Shown piece by piece: positions 9,470-19,643 of a stretch of 49,829 bases of DNA (within the stretch, counting starts at the first letter, position 1; every line of letters begins with the position of its first letter). The stretch covers positions 1 through 49,829 of the forward strand of contig JAKUPP010000003.1 of the NCBI GenBank assembly GCA_022450705.1, read 5' to 3'. The notes below the pieces were generated by a model. That model saw nothing but the letters and a program-made list of their open reading frames with translations. It was not told where the DNA came from and ran no database searches. The DNA is from Alphaproteobacteria bacterium. GTDB taxonomy: Bacteria; Pseudomonadota; Alphaproteobacteria; GCA-002720895. Made by a program: the position numbers and the translations under genes.

Positions 9470-9754
9470 TTATTTTGTCTCAAAAAAATATAACTGCTTC
9501 CCATTTTTTAAATCATAAACAATTATTTGATATTCCTCGTTTAATTTAATAATTAATATTAATTTGTCATCCGAAATATTAGCATTAACTATTTCGCTAT
9601 TTTCAGTTATTTTTAATTCATTTAATACTTTTTTCTCAGGAAAAACCAAAGTTTGTTTTGAAAAAACTCTATCATATATAATATAAATGACCCCAGCTGT
9701 GCCAAAAAAAATTAGCAAACCCATAAGAATTACTATAAATTTTAAATATTTCAT
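9470..9754 (-). CDS. small N-terminally anchored membrane protein, unknown function
   Basis: One TM helix (FIVILMGLLIFFGTAGVIYIIY) plus a 60-aa soluble domain. It lies 2 nt upstream of the lipoprotein gene. Confidence 0.55.
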   Translation of the reverse strand: MKYLKFIVILMGLLIFFGTAGVIYIIYDRVFSKQTLVFPEKKVLNELKITENSEIVNANISDDKLILIIKLNEEYQIIVYDLKNGKQLYFFETK

Positions 9755-9766
9755 AAATTTATTTAA

Positions 9767-10504
9767 ATGTGTTTTAAAAATATAAGAATTTTTTACGAAG
9801 ATAAAGACTTAATTGTAATTGATAAACCAAGTGGTTTAACAGTTCATCCTGGTGCTGGGCAAAAAACATCAACATTAGTAGATTTTCTAGTTAATAAATA
9901 TGGAAAAAAATTATCCAATTTATCTGGAATAGATAGGCCTGGAATAGTTCATAGACTAGATAAAGATACAAGTGGTTTATTATTAATTGCTAGAAATAAC
10001 AAAACTCATAAATTGTTACAAGATATGTTTAAAAAAAGAGAAATTAATCGTTTATATTACGCTATTGTTTGGGGGTTATTACAAAAAAATAGCGGTAGCT
10101 TTACAATGAATATTGGAAGAAACCCAAAAAATAGAAAGAAATTTTCTATTTTTCAAAATGGTGGGAAAAATGCAGTAACAAAGTACAAAGTAAAAAAAAA
10201 CTTCTCTAACGTAGCGTCATTAATTGAATGTAAATTATTAACAGGAAGAACTCACCAAATAAGAGTACATCTTTCTAGTTCAGGAAATTCTATTATAGGA
10301 GATAAGAAGTATGGAAAAAATAAATCAAAATTAATAAAAAATGTGGATAAATCTATAGCAAATTATATAATTTCCTTCAAAAGACAGGCATTACATGCCT
10401 ATTTTTTAAGCTTCATTCATCCTATAAAAAAAGAGGAAATAAGAATTATTTCTAAATTACCTAGTGATTTCAATAATTTAGTTAACAAACTAAAATCAAT
10501 TTAA
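9767..10504 (+). CDS. RluA-family 23S rRNA/tRNA pseudouridine synthase (no S4 domain)
   Basis: LIVIDKPSGLTVHPG, the catalytic-Asp motif HRLDKDTSGLLL and GRTHQIRVH. Confidence 0.88.
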   Translation: MCFKNIRIFYEDKDLIVIDKPSGLTVHPGAGQKTSTLVDFLVNKYGKKLSNLSGIDRPGIVHRLDKDTSGLLLIARNNKTHKLLQDMFKKREINRLYYAIVWGLLQKNSGSFTMNIGRNPKNRKKFSIFQNGGKNAVTKYKVKKNFSNVASLIECKLLTGRTHQIRVHLSSSGNSIIGDKKYGKNKSKLIKNVDKSIANYIISFKRQALHAYFLSFIHPIKKEEIRIISKLPSDFNNLVNKLKSI

Positions 10505-10566
10505 TCTCTTGACAAGTATCGTATAATTATGAGAAACTGTGGATAAGTGATAAAATAAATATTATA

Positions 10567-10601
10567 TAATAGAATCGTTATATAACTATCGGATTCTATT
10601 A
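10567..10601 (+). promoter_or_regulatory. 10-bp stem / 15-nt loop hairpin in the rpoH leader
   Basis: TAATAGAATC at 10567-10576 is the exact reverse complement of GATTCTATTA at 10592-10601. The loop begins with the palindrome GTTATATAAC. The hairpin ends 8 nt before the AAGGT SD (10610-10614) of rpoH. Confidence 0.5.
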
Positions 10602-10621
10602 ATCTTTTAAAGGTAATATAT

Positions 10622-11491
10622 ATGACAGCTATTTTTAAACACTTACCAAGAATCACTTCAGAAAACGGTCTAAGTAGATATTTACAAGAAATAAGAAAAT
10701 ATCCTCTTTTAGAACCTAAGTATGAAAGAGATTTAGCTATGAAATGGACAAATAAACAAGATATTGAATCAGCTCATATTCTAGTTACAAGTCACTTAAG
10801 ATTAGTTGCAAAAATTGCAATGGGTTATAAAGGTTATGGGCTTCCAATAAACGAGTTAATCTCTGAAGGAAATATTGGTATGTTGGAATCAATAAAAAGA
10901 TTTGATTATAAAAAAGGATTTAGACTAGCTACTTATGCAATGTGGTGGATAAGAGCATCTATACAGGAATATATTTTACACAGTTGGTCTTTAGTTAAAA
11001 TGGGCACAACTGCTGCACAAAAAAAATTATTTTTTAATTTAAGAAAAATTAAATCGAGCTTAAGAGCATATGAAGAAGGTGATATGTTGCCTGAAAATGT
11101 TAATAAGATAGCAAAAAACTTAAATGTTTCAAAAAAAGAAGTAACAGAAATGAATAGAAGATTGGCTGGCCCAGATCATTCACTTAACGCTCCTTTAAAG
11201 GAGGATGGAGAAGGAGAATGGCAAGATTGGTTGGTTGATAGTTCTCCAACTCAAGAATATACAATATCAAACTCTCAAGAGTTAAATCAAAGAAAAGATT
11301 TGCTTGATGAAGCTATAAATGTTTTAAGTCCAAGAGAAAAATACATAATGGTTCAAAGAAGACTGAAAGATAAACCAAAAACTCTAGAAGATCTAAGTAA
11401 TCATTATAAAATATCAAGAGAAAGAGTTAGGCAGATTGAAGTAAGAGCAATGGAAAAACTAAAAAAATCTGTAAAAAAACTTATTAATTAA
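10622..11491 (+). CDS. rpoH: RNA polymerase sigma-32 (heat-shock sigma factor)
   Basis: Region 2 LISEGNIGMLESIKRFD, RpoH box QKKLFFNLRK and region 4.2 ISRERVRQIE. Confidence 0.93.
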   Translation: MTAIFKHLPRITSENGLSRYLQEIRKYPLLEPKYERDLAMKWTNKQDIESAHILVTSHLRLVAKIAMGYKGYGLPINELISEGNIGMLESIKRFDYKKGFRLATYAMWWIRASIQEYILHSWSLVKMGTTAAQKKLFFNLRKIKSSLRAYEEGDMLPENVNKIAKNLNVSKKEVTEMNRRLAGPDHSLNAPLKEDGEGEWQDWLVDSSPTQEYTISNSQELNQRKDLLDEAINVLSPREKYIMVQRRLKDKPKTLEDLSNHYKISRERVRQIEVRAMEKLKKSVKKLIN

Positions 11492-11530
11492 AAGAAATCT
11501 TGAAAGAGAAGAAATTACAGCTTTCTAAGT

Positions 11531-12814
11531 TTAATCTATCTTTCTTAAATTGATAATATCGTTTCTATCAGGTCCGTTAGATAAAAAAACTATTGGAATA
11601 TTTATTAATTTCTCAATAATTTTAATAAATTCTTGTGCTTTTTTAGGAAGAGATTTTTTATTTTTTATACCGGTAGTATTCGCACACCACCCATCTACTG
11701 TTAAATAAACAGGTTTAACATTGTTTAAAGTTTTATTTGAACTAGGCATAAAGTGAATTTTTTTTCTTCCAACTTTATATTGATAGCAAATTTTTATTTT
11801 TTTAAAATCGTCTAGCACATCAATTTTTGTTAGTGCTACAGAATCAATGCCTGCAATTTGAATAGCTTTTCTACATTGAACAACATCAAACCACCCGCAT
11901 CTTCTTGGTCTATTGGTAACACTTCCAAATTCGTTTCCATTTTTTGCAATTTTTAATCCTATTTTAGATTTAATCTCAGTTGGAAAAGGTCCTTCGCCAA
12001 CTCTTGTTGTATATGATTTTAAAACGCCTAGTATGTGACCAATTTTAGATGGTTTTATTCCTATACTTGAGGCTGCTGTAGCTGGAATAGTGTTGCTTGA
12101 AGTTACAAATGGAAAAGTTCCGTGATCTATATCCAGCATTAATCCTTGCGCACCTTCAAATAGTAACTTTTTTTTAAAAAAAAATTTACTATTAATAAAC
12201 TCACTTACATCTATAGAAAATGGTAATATTTTTTTTCTTAATGAAATTAATAACTTAAAAGTTTTGTTGAATGAGATTCTTTTTTCTGAGAAATTTTTTA
12301 GAAAAATATTATGAAAATCTATTAAGTTTCTTAATCTAGTTTTAAGAACACTTATATCTTCTAAGTCATATATCTTCAAACCTCTTCTAGCAATTTTATC
12401 TTCATAGCAAGGGCCTATTCCTCTTCCCGTAGTTCCAATCTTCTTTTTTGATAATTTTTTTTCTCTAACTTGATCAATGATAGAATGTAAAGGTAATAAT
12501 ATTGAAGCGTTATTTGCTATTTTTAGATTTCTTTTAGATATTTTTATTTTTCTTTTTCTTAATAAATCTATCTCTTTTAAAAAATGGACAGGATCTATAA
12601 CTACACTACTGCCAATTATACACAATTTATTTCTAATTAATCCTGATGGCAGAATACTTAATATAAATTTATCTTTACCTATAACAATTGTATGACCAGC
12701 ATTATGACCGCCTTGAAATCTTAATACTACATCAAATTTACTACACAAGTGATCTACAATTTTACCTTTTCCTTCGTCTCCCCATTGCGCACCAACTATT
12801 GTAATATTCTTCAT
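11531..12814 (-). CDS. purA: adenylosuccinate synthetase
   Basis: GAQWGDEGKGKIVD P-loop, GTTGRGIGPCYEDK and GAQGLMLDIDHGTFPFVTSS. Confidence 0.95.
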   Translation of the reverse strand: MKNITIVGAQWGDEGKGKIVDHLCSKFDVVLRFQGGHNAGHTIVIGKDKFILSILPSGLIRNKLCIIGSSVVIDPVHFLKEIDLLRKRKIKISKRNLKIANNASILLPLHSIIDQVREKKLSKKKIGTTGRGIGPCYEDKIARRGLKIYDLEDISVLKTRLRNLIDFHNIFLKNFSEKRISFNKTFKLLISLRKKILPFSIDVSEFINSKFFFKKKLLFEGAQGLMLDIDHGTFPFVTSSNTIPATAASSIGIKPSKIGHILGVLKSYTTRVGEGPFPTEIKSKIGLKIAKNGNEFGSVTNRPRRCGWFDVVQCRKAIQIAGIDSVALTKIDVLDDFKKIKICYQYKVGRKKIHFMPSSNKTLNNVKPVYLTVDGWCANTTGIKNKKSLPKKAQEFIKIIEKLINIPIVFLSNGPDRNDIINLRKID

Positions 12815-13950
12815 TTTAATGGTTTAATCTTATTTTTTTTAAATATAAATTTACAGTTATGTAATTTAGCAATTTTTTTATCATTATCACTGTCAATATT
12901 CTGAATTGTAATCCACCCCTTTTTTCTTAATTTTGGTAAATTTTTATCAAAAATACTTTCAAAAGATACTAGAAGTTTTTTTTTTCTATATTTAGAAATA
13001 TTCTTTAATTCTAAGAACTGATTTAGAAAAAAAGTTGCTCCTACAGCGTCTTTATTTTTTGAAGTTACATAACGCCCTCCTCTGCATACTTCTTTACTAG
13101 AATTTAAACAGAAAATACTAAATGTTACTCCTGTATAATATTCAAATCCTCTGTGGTCTAATAAATCTATTGAAACTTTATAATCATCAGAATTCTTTTT
13201 TTCTAATAAAGAACAAATTTTTATAAAATCTTTTATAATCTTTTTAGCATTATTCCCAAATTTTATTTTTTTAATTCTTTTTAGATTTTTTTTTAATGAG
13301 CCTGAAGAATCAATTATTTCATTTAAAACTTTAAATAATTTAAGATCATAATTATAAATTTCTTTGATATTCTTTTTTGCAACAAGTTTTCTTAAATTAA
13401 TTCTTTTAGCTGAAGAAACTTTAAAATCATCAAATATTTTTTCTAGTATTACTGGAGCATTAATATCTAAGCTAATTTTTTTAAAATTAATCTTTTTTAA
13501 GGAATCTAAACTTAAATTAATTACTTCAAGGTCGGCTAACAATTTTTTTGAACCTATAATTTCAACTCCAGCCTGTTTAAATTGTCTATCAGATGATAAT
13601 TTTGGTTTATCCGCTCTAAAAACGTCTCCGAAATAACATAATCTCAATGGCTTTGGTAAGCTAAAAAGTCTATCTTCAGCTATTCTAGCTAATTGACTCG
13701 TTATATCAGGCCTTAATGATACTTTTTCTTTTGTTAATGGATCAAAAAAAGATAAGGTTTTTTTATTTAATAATTTATTTTTTACATCAGATAAAGTTTT
13801 TTCATATTCAATTATTGGTGGATCTATAAATGAGTAGCCCCATGATTCAAAATTTTCTAATAATTTTCTTCCATATTCAAATTGAAGATTTGCTTCGTTT
13901 GTTAAAATGTCTCTAAAACCTATGGGAAGTAAATTTTTTTTCTGATTCAT
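12811..13950 (-). CDS. hisZ: ATP phosphoribosyltransferase regulatory subunit (HisRS paralogue)
   Basis: LPIGFRDIL start and class-II aaRS-like core (LCYFGDVFRADKP...QFKQAGVEIIG). At 379 aa it has no anticodon-binding domain. It overlaps purA by 4 nt. Confidence 0.7.
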   Translation of the reverse strand: MNQKKNLLPIGFRDILTNEANLQFEYGRKLLENFESWGYSFIDPPIIEYEKTLSDVKNKLLNKKTLSFFDPLTKEKVSLRPDITSQLARIAEDRLFSLPKPLRLCYFGDVFRADKPKLSSDRQFKQAGVEIIGSKKLLADLEVINLSLDSLKKINFKKISLDINAPVILEKIFDDFKVSSAKRINLRKLVAKKNIKEIYNYDLKLFKVLNEIIDSSGSLKKNLKRIKKIKFGNNAKKIIKDFIKICSLLEKKNSDDYKVSIDLLDHRGFEYYTGVTFSIFCLNSSKEVCRGGRYVTSKNKDAVGATFFLNQFLELKNISKYRKKKLLVSFESIFDKNLPKLRKKGWITIQNIDSDNDKKIAKLHNCKFIFKKNKIKPLK

Positions 13951-13997
13951 ACATTATATGTTATAATAATTCAAAAAATTATTACTACTATTTTAAT

Positions 13998-14075
13998 GTC
14001 TCTTAGGGGAGCATGAGTAGCTGAGAAATAACCCTTAAGACCTGAACTAAATAATATTAGCGGAGGGAAAGAGAC
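13998..14075 (+). promoter_or_regulatory. TPP (THI-box) riboswitch
   Basis: The P1 stem pairs GTCTCTT at 13998-14004 with AAGAGAC at 14069-14075. The conserved core AGGGGAGC...GCTGAGAA...ACCC...GACCTGAAC...TTAGCGGAGGGAA is present. The element lies 27 nt upstream of thiC. Confidence 0.9.
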
Positions 14076-14093
14076 TATCCTTCCCGATATTAA

Positions 14094-15917
<1,824 letters not shown>

Positions 15918-15931
15918 GCGGACTGTTTTAT

Positions 15932-16240
15932 ATGAAGTCTAGTTTAGAAAAAAAAATTATTAATAATCAAGACTTCAAATCTCTAGTTAAGAAAAGATCT
16001 TTTATTAGTTGGTTACTATCAGCGATTACACTTTTAACTTACTTTTGTTTTATTCTTCTAGTTGCTTTCTTCCCAGAAGTGCTAGGACTTAAAATATCAG
16101 AAGAATCAATCATAACAATTGGAATTCCCATTGGAGTTTCTATTATACTTTTAGCTTTTGCATCAACAGGAATCTACGTCTTTATAGCAAATCGTGAATT
16201 TGATAAAACTGAAAAAAAAATTCTAAAAAAAAATAAATGA
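15932..16240 (+). CDS. yjcH: DUF485 (YjcH-like) inner-membrane protein
   Basis: 102 aa with two TM helices. Its stop overlaps the actP start (ATGA), the canonical partner arrangement of ActP. Confidence 0.8.
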   Translation: MKSSLEKKIINNQDFKSLVKKRSFISWLLSAITLLTYFCFILLVAFFPEVLGLKISEESIITIGIPIGVSIILLAFASTGIYVFIANREFDKTEKKILKKNK

Positions 16241-17787
16241 CAAATTATCCTGCTATAACAATGTTTTTCATATTTGTTTTCGCAACTCTTATGATTACCT
16301 ACTGGGCTGCGAAAAGAACTAAGTCCCGTTCCCATTTTTACGCTGCAGGAGGAAAAATTACTAGTCTTCAAAATGGTCTGGCTATTGCTGGTGACTATAT
16401 GTCTGCTGCATCTTTTTTAGGTATTTCCGGCCTTGTTTATCTTTCAGGTTATGATGGACTTATTTATTCGATTGGATTTCTTGTAGGATGGCCAATTATA
16501 CTATTTTTACTGGCTGAACGACTACGCAATTTAGGAGACTATACATTTGCTGACGCCACCTCACATCGTCTTGATCAAATTAAAATAAGATCTCTTGCTG
16601 CATGCGGATCATTGATAACTGTTGCATTATATCTAATCGCGCAAATGGTTGGAGCAGGAAAACTAATTCAATTACTATTTGGCCTACCCTATGAATTTGC
16701 TGTTGTTATAGTTGGTGTCTTGATGATTTTATATGTAAGCTTTGGTGGCATGTTAGCAACAACATGGGTTCAAATTATTAAGGCTGTATTGCTTTTATCA
16801 GGTGCAACATTTATGGCAATCGCAGTTATGTGGACTACTGGTTTCAGTTTCGAGACACTATTTGAAAAAGCGGTGAGTGTTCATCCTCAAAATTATTCTA
16901 TTATGCAACCAGGTGGTCTAGTATCAGATCCTATTTCAGCAATATCTTTAGGAATAGCTCTTATGTTTGGAACAGCGGGACTTCCTCATATTTTAATGCG
17001 CTTTTTTACTGTTAAAGATGCAAAAGATGCACGTAAATCTGTTTTTTTTGCAACAGGTTTTATTGGTTATTTCTACATATTAACTTTCATAATAGGTTTT
17101 GGAGCCATTATGTTAATTTCAACAAATCCTGAATTCTTGAACGCAAATGGTGGGTTGATAGGAGGAAATAATATGGCTGCAATACATCTTGCAAATGCTG
17201 TTGGTGGGGATATGTTTTTAGGATTCATATCAGCAGTAGCTTTCGCAACAATACTTGCGGTAGTCTCAGGTCTAACCCTTGCTGGGGCATCGGCAGTTAG
17301 TCATGATCTATATGCTTCTGTCTTCAAAAAAGGAAAGGTTAATGAGAAAGATGAATTATTTGTTTCAAGAATATCAGCTGTTACCTTGGGTTGTGTTGCT
17401 ATCTTTCTTGGTATTATTTTTGAACAACAAAATGTTGCTTTTATGGTTGGTCTGGCATTTGCAGTAGCGGCTAGTGCAAACTTTCCAATTCTATTTCTCT
17501 CCATGTATTGGAAAAAACTAACATCCAATGGTGCGTTAATAGGAGGGGGTGTTGGCCTTATGACTGCAACGATCTTAGTAATCCTTGGTCCTGCTGTTTG
17601 GGTTGATGTTTTTGGTAATGATGAACCAGTATTTCCTTATAAATATCCAGCATTGTTTTCAGTAACAACAGCATTTATTGTAACCTGGTTATTTTCTATA
17701 ATGGATAAAAGTAAATCATCAAAAAAAGAAATTAATGCTTTTGATAGTCAATTTATACAATCGCAAATAGGTCTAAAAAAAGAATAA
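16237..17787 (+). CDS. actP: cation/acetate symporter (SSS family)
   Basis: Long blocks match E. coli ActP as I recall it: [52 protein letters not shown] and AVSHDLYA. Confidence 0.9.
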   Translation: MTNYPAITMFFIFVFATLMITYWAAKRTKSRSHFYAAGGKITSLQNGLAIAGDYMSAASFLGISGLVYLSGYDGLIYSIGFLVGWPIILFLLAERLRNLGDYTFADATSHRLDQIKIRSLAACGSLITVALYLIAQMVGAGKLIQLLFGLPYEFAVVIVGVLMILYVSFGGMLATTWVQIIKAVLLLSGATFMAIAVMWTTGFSFETLFEKAVSVHPQNYSIMQPGGLVSDPISAISLGIALMFGTAGLPHILMRFFTVKDAKDARKSVFFATGFIGYFYILTFIIGFGAIMLISTNPEFLNANGGLIGGNNMAAIHLANAVGGDMFLGFISAVAFATILAVVSGLTLAGASAVSHDLYASVFKKGKVNEKDELFVSRISAVTLGCVAIFLGIIFEQQNVAFMVGLAFAVAASANFPILFLSMYWKKLTSNGALIGGGVGLMTATILVILGPAVWVDVFGNDEPVFPYKYPALFSVTTAFIVTWLFSIMDKSKSSKKEINAFDSQFIQSQIGLKKE

Positions 17788-17811
17788 ATATGAAAATGAA
17801 GTATAAAAAAA

Positions 17812-17839
17812 AGAAAGGGCCCTTTTAAGGACCCTTTCT
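17812..17839 (-). terminator. intrinsic terminator for the small minus-strand membrane-protein gene (hairpin also crossed by the actP transcript)
   Basis: AGAAAGGGCC / GGACCCTTTCT stem with one mismatch and a 6-nt loop. On the minus strand it is followed by U8 (plus-strand A-run 17805-17812). On the plus strand no U-run follows. Confidence 0.7.
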
Positions 17840-17897
17840 ACTCTACACCTTCACCGTGTCGGGATCAAATTCGGGAGGGTGAAACTTTTTTTTTATC

Positions 17898-18134
17898 TTA
17901 GCTGATTGATCTTTTATTAAGTAACCAGCAAATGATAGCTAATGCTACTAAGCCAACAATACCGCCATCACCAAGGTCAGCGACTAGTGCTGTAATGTTA
18001 CTAACCACGTCTGTTCCAATAAACGGAACGTTGCCCGGTGATAATAGGCCTACAACTATAGCAAAAGCGATAAGCATTAAACCTACTTCAGTTAACGCTC
18101 CTATCCATCTTTTCGCTGCATTTAAGGCATTCAT
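17898..18134 (-). CDS. 78-aa two-helix membrane protein, unknown function
   Basis: A strong purine SD (AGGGGG, 18142-18147 on the complement) lies 7 nt before the ATG. There are two hydrophobic helices, an acidic loop (ADLGDGG) and a basic C-terminus (NKRSIS). It has its own terminator downstream. Confidence 0.7.
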   Translation of the reverse strand: MNALNAAKRWIGALTEVGLMLIAFAIVVGLLSPGNVPFIGTDVVSNITALVADLGDGGIVGLVALAIICWLLNKRSIS

Positions 18135-18159
18135 TTGATTGCCCCCTATAAAAAAAAAT

Positions 18160-18181
18160 TAGTAATTATACATAATTACTA
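18160..18181. repeat. near-perfect 22-bp palindrome in the leader/promoter of the small membrane-protein gene
   Basis: TAGTAATTAT-AC-ATAATTACTA has 10-bp arms and a 2-nt spacer. It abuts an A8/T8 run (18151-18158). It overlaps a second dyad TACTAC-N5-GTAGTA (18177-18193). Confidence 0.6.
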
Positions 18182-18307
18182 CATATAGTAGTATTGTTTT
18201 ATAATACACTTAATATAGTAGATTAAAAGCAAAAAATTATATATAAATACCATATGTTGTAATTTTGCAACAGTACTCTTTGTTTTTAGATTTTCTAGAT
18301 ATTTTAT

Positions 18308-19633
18308 TTAGATGAATTTTTTTATTTTATGAGCTAACTTCTTTGCTAAAACACTGATTTTATTGTATTCTTTCCCTTCGACTAACAATCTAATAACTGG
18401 TTCAGTCCCAGAAAATCTAATTAACACTCTATCTCCATTAATAATTTTGTTGTTGTAAATTCTTATTAAGTTGTTAATTTTTTTATTTTTTTTGTCTAAA
18501 GAATCTTTTAATTTTATGTTTTTTTGTATTTGAAAATAAGAACTATAAAGATCAAAAATTTCACTAGTTTTTTTATCATATTCTGAAATTATTTTAATTA
18601 GACATAAGGCTATTAAAATGCCGTCACCGGAAGGACCGAATTGCTTTAAAATTATGTGGCCTGATTGCTCCCCCCCTATAAAACATTTTTTTTTCTTCAT
18701 TAATTCATAAACAAACTTATCTCCTACCTTTGATTTATAAAATTTTAATCCAATTCTATTAATAAACTTTTCGAGACCTCTATTTGACATTGTTGTCCCT
18801 ATCATCGCATCTATCCTTAGTTTTGATTTGTTCAAAAAGTATTGAGTCAAACAAGCTAAAATTTTATCTCCATCAATTATCTTTCCTTTTTCATCACAGC
18901 AAATTAATCTATCGCCGTCTCCATCGAAGGAAATACCGAAATCGGCAGATTTTTCCTTTACTTTTTTTGTTAAAATTTGCGGATACAGAGAGCCGCATTT
19001 GTAATTAATATTTCTACCATTAGGCTTATCTTTTATATAAATTAAGTTAGTATTTATTTTCGAAAAAACATATTTTACAATTTTGTATGAAGACCCGTTA
19101 GCACAATCAATTACAACTTTTAATTTTCTTGAAAAATTATTCTTTTTTAGGATTTGTATAAATTTTTTTTTATAGATAGCAAATGAGTTATTTATTTTTT
19201 TTATTTTTCCTTTATCTCTATATTTTCTTGCTTTATTCGACTTGGAGAAATTTTTCTCAATTTTATTTTCATCAAAATCAGACAGTTTTTCTCCTTCTTT
19301 GTTAAAAAATTTTATTCCATTAAATTGGTATGGGTTGTGTGAAGCGGAAATAACTATACCTATATTGCAATTAAGTTTTTTTGTTAAATATGAAATCGCA
19401 GGGGTTGATATTAGACCTGCTTTAAGGACTGTTCCTCCATTATTTTTTAAAGCATTTACAAGCTTGTCTTCAATCTTTTTACTCGACTCTCTTGTGTCTC
19501 TCCCAACTATAATCTTAAAATTTTTCTTACTTTTTATAATAGCATGAGACAATGAATTTAACGATGAAACGTTAAAAATTTCATCATTTGATAAAGATCT
19601 TATCCCGTCTGTTCCAAATAATTTCTTAACCAT
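18308..19633 (-). CDS. glmM: phosphoglucosamine mutase
   Basis: GTDGIR, phosphoserine loop GIVISASHNP, FDGDGDR and GGEQSGH. Confidence 0.95.
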   Translation of the reverse strand: MVKKLFGTDGIRSLSNDEIFNVSSLNSLSHAIIKSKKNFKIIVGRDTRESSKKIEDKLVNALKNNGGTVLKAGLISTPAISYLTKKLNCNIGIVISASHNPYQFNGIKFFNKEGEKLSDFDENKIEKNFSKSNKARKYRDKGKIKKINNSFAIYKKKFIQILKKNNFSRKLKVVIDCANGSSYKIVKYVFSKINTNLIYIKDKPNGRNINYKCGSLYPQILTKKVKEKSADFGISFDGDGDRLICCDEKGKIIDGDKILACLTQYFLNKSKLRIDAMIGTTMSNRGLEKFINRIGLKFYKSKVGDKFVYELMKKKKCFIGGEQSGHIILKQFGPSGDGILIALCLIKIISEYDKKTSEIFDLYSSYFQIQKNIKLKDSLDKKNKKINNLIRIYNNKIINGDRVLIRFSGTEPVIRLLVEGKEYNKISVLAKKLAHKIKKFI

Positions 19634-19643
19634 AATTTTTTTA

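Noticed and set aside
10509-10527. Perfect TTGACA and TATAAT hexamers upstream of rpoH
   Set aside because: They are only 7 nt apart, so they cannot form one sigma-70 promoter. Each lacks a good partner at 16-18 nt, so I do not annotate a promoter from them.
16237-17787. The idea that the SSS transporter downstream of the TPP riboswitch/thiC is a ThiV-type HMP transporter
   Set aside because: The sequence is a close match to ActP over long blocks and is paired with a DUF485/YjcH gene by an ATGA overlap, the hallmark of the acetate symporter.
17788-17897. The relatively GC-rich actP-downstream spacer as a possible tRNA, SRP RNA or riboswitch
   Set aside because: It has no cloverleaf, T-arm (GTTCRA) or SRP-domain motifs. 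It is downstream of both flanking genes and is best explained by terminator elements.
17932-18138. 68-aa plus-strand ORF mirroring the small membrane-protein gene
   Set aside because: It has no SD and a P/T/S-rich non-membrane sequence. The minus-strand frame has a strong SD, two clean TM helices and a correctly oriented terminator.
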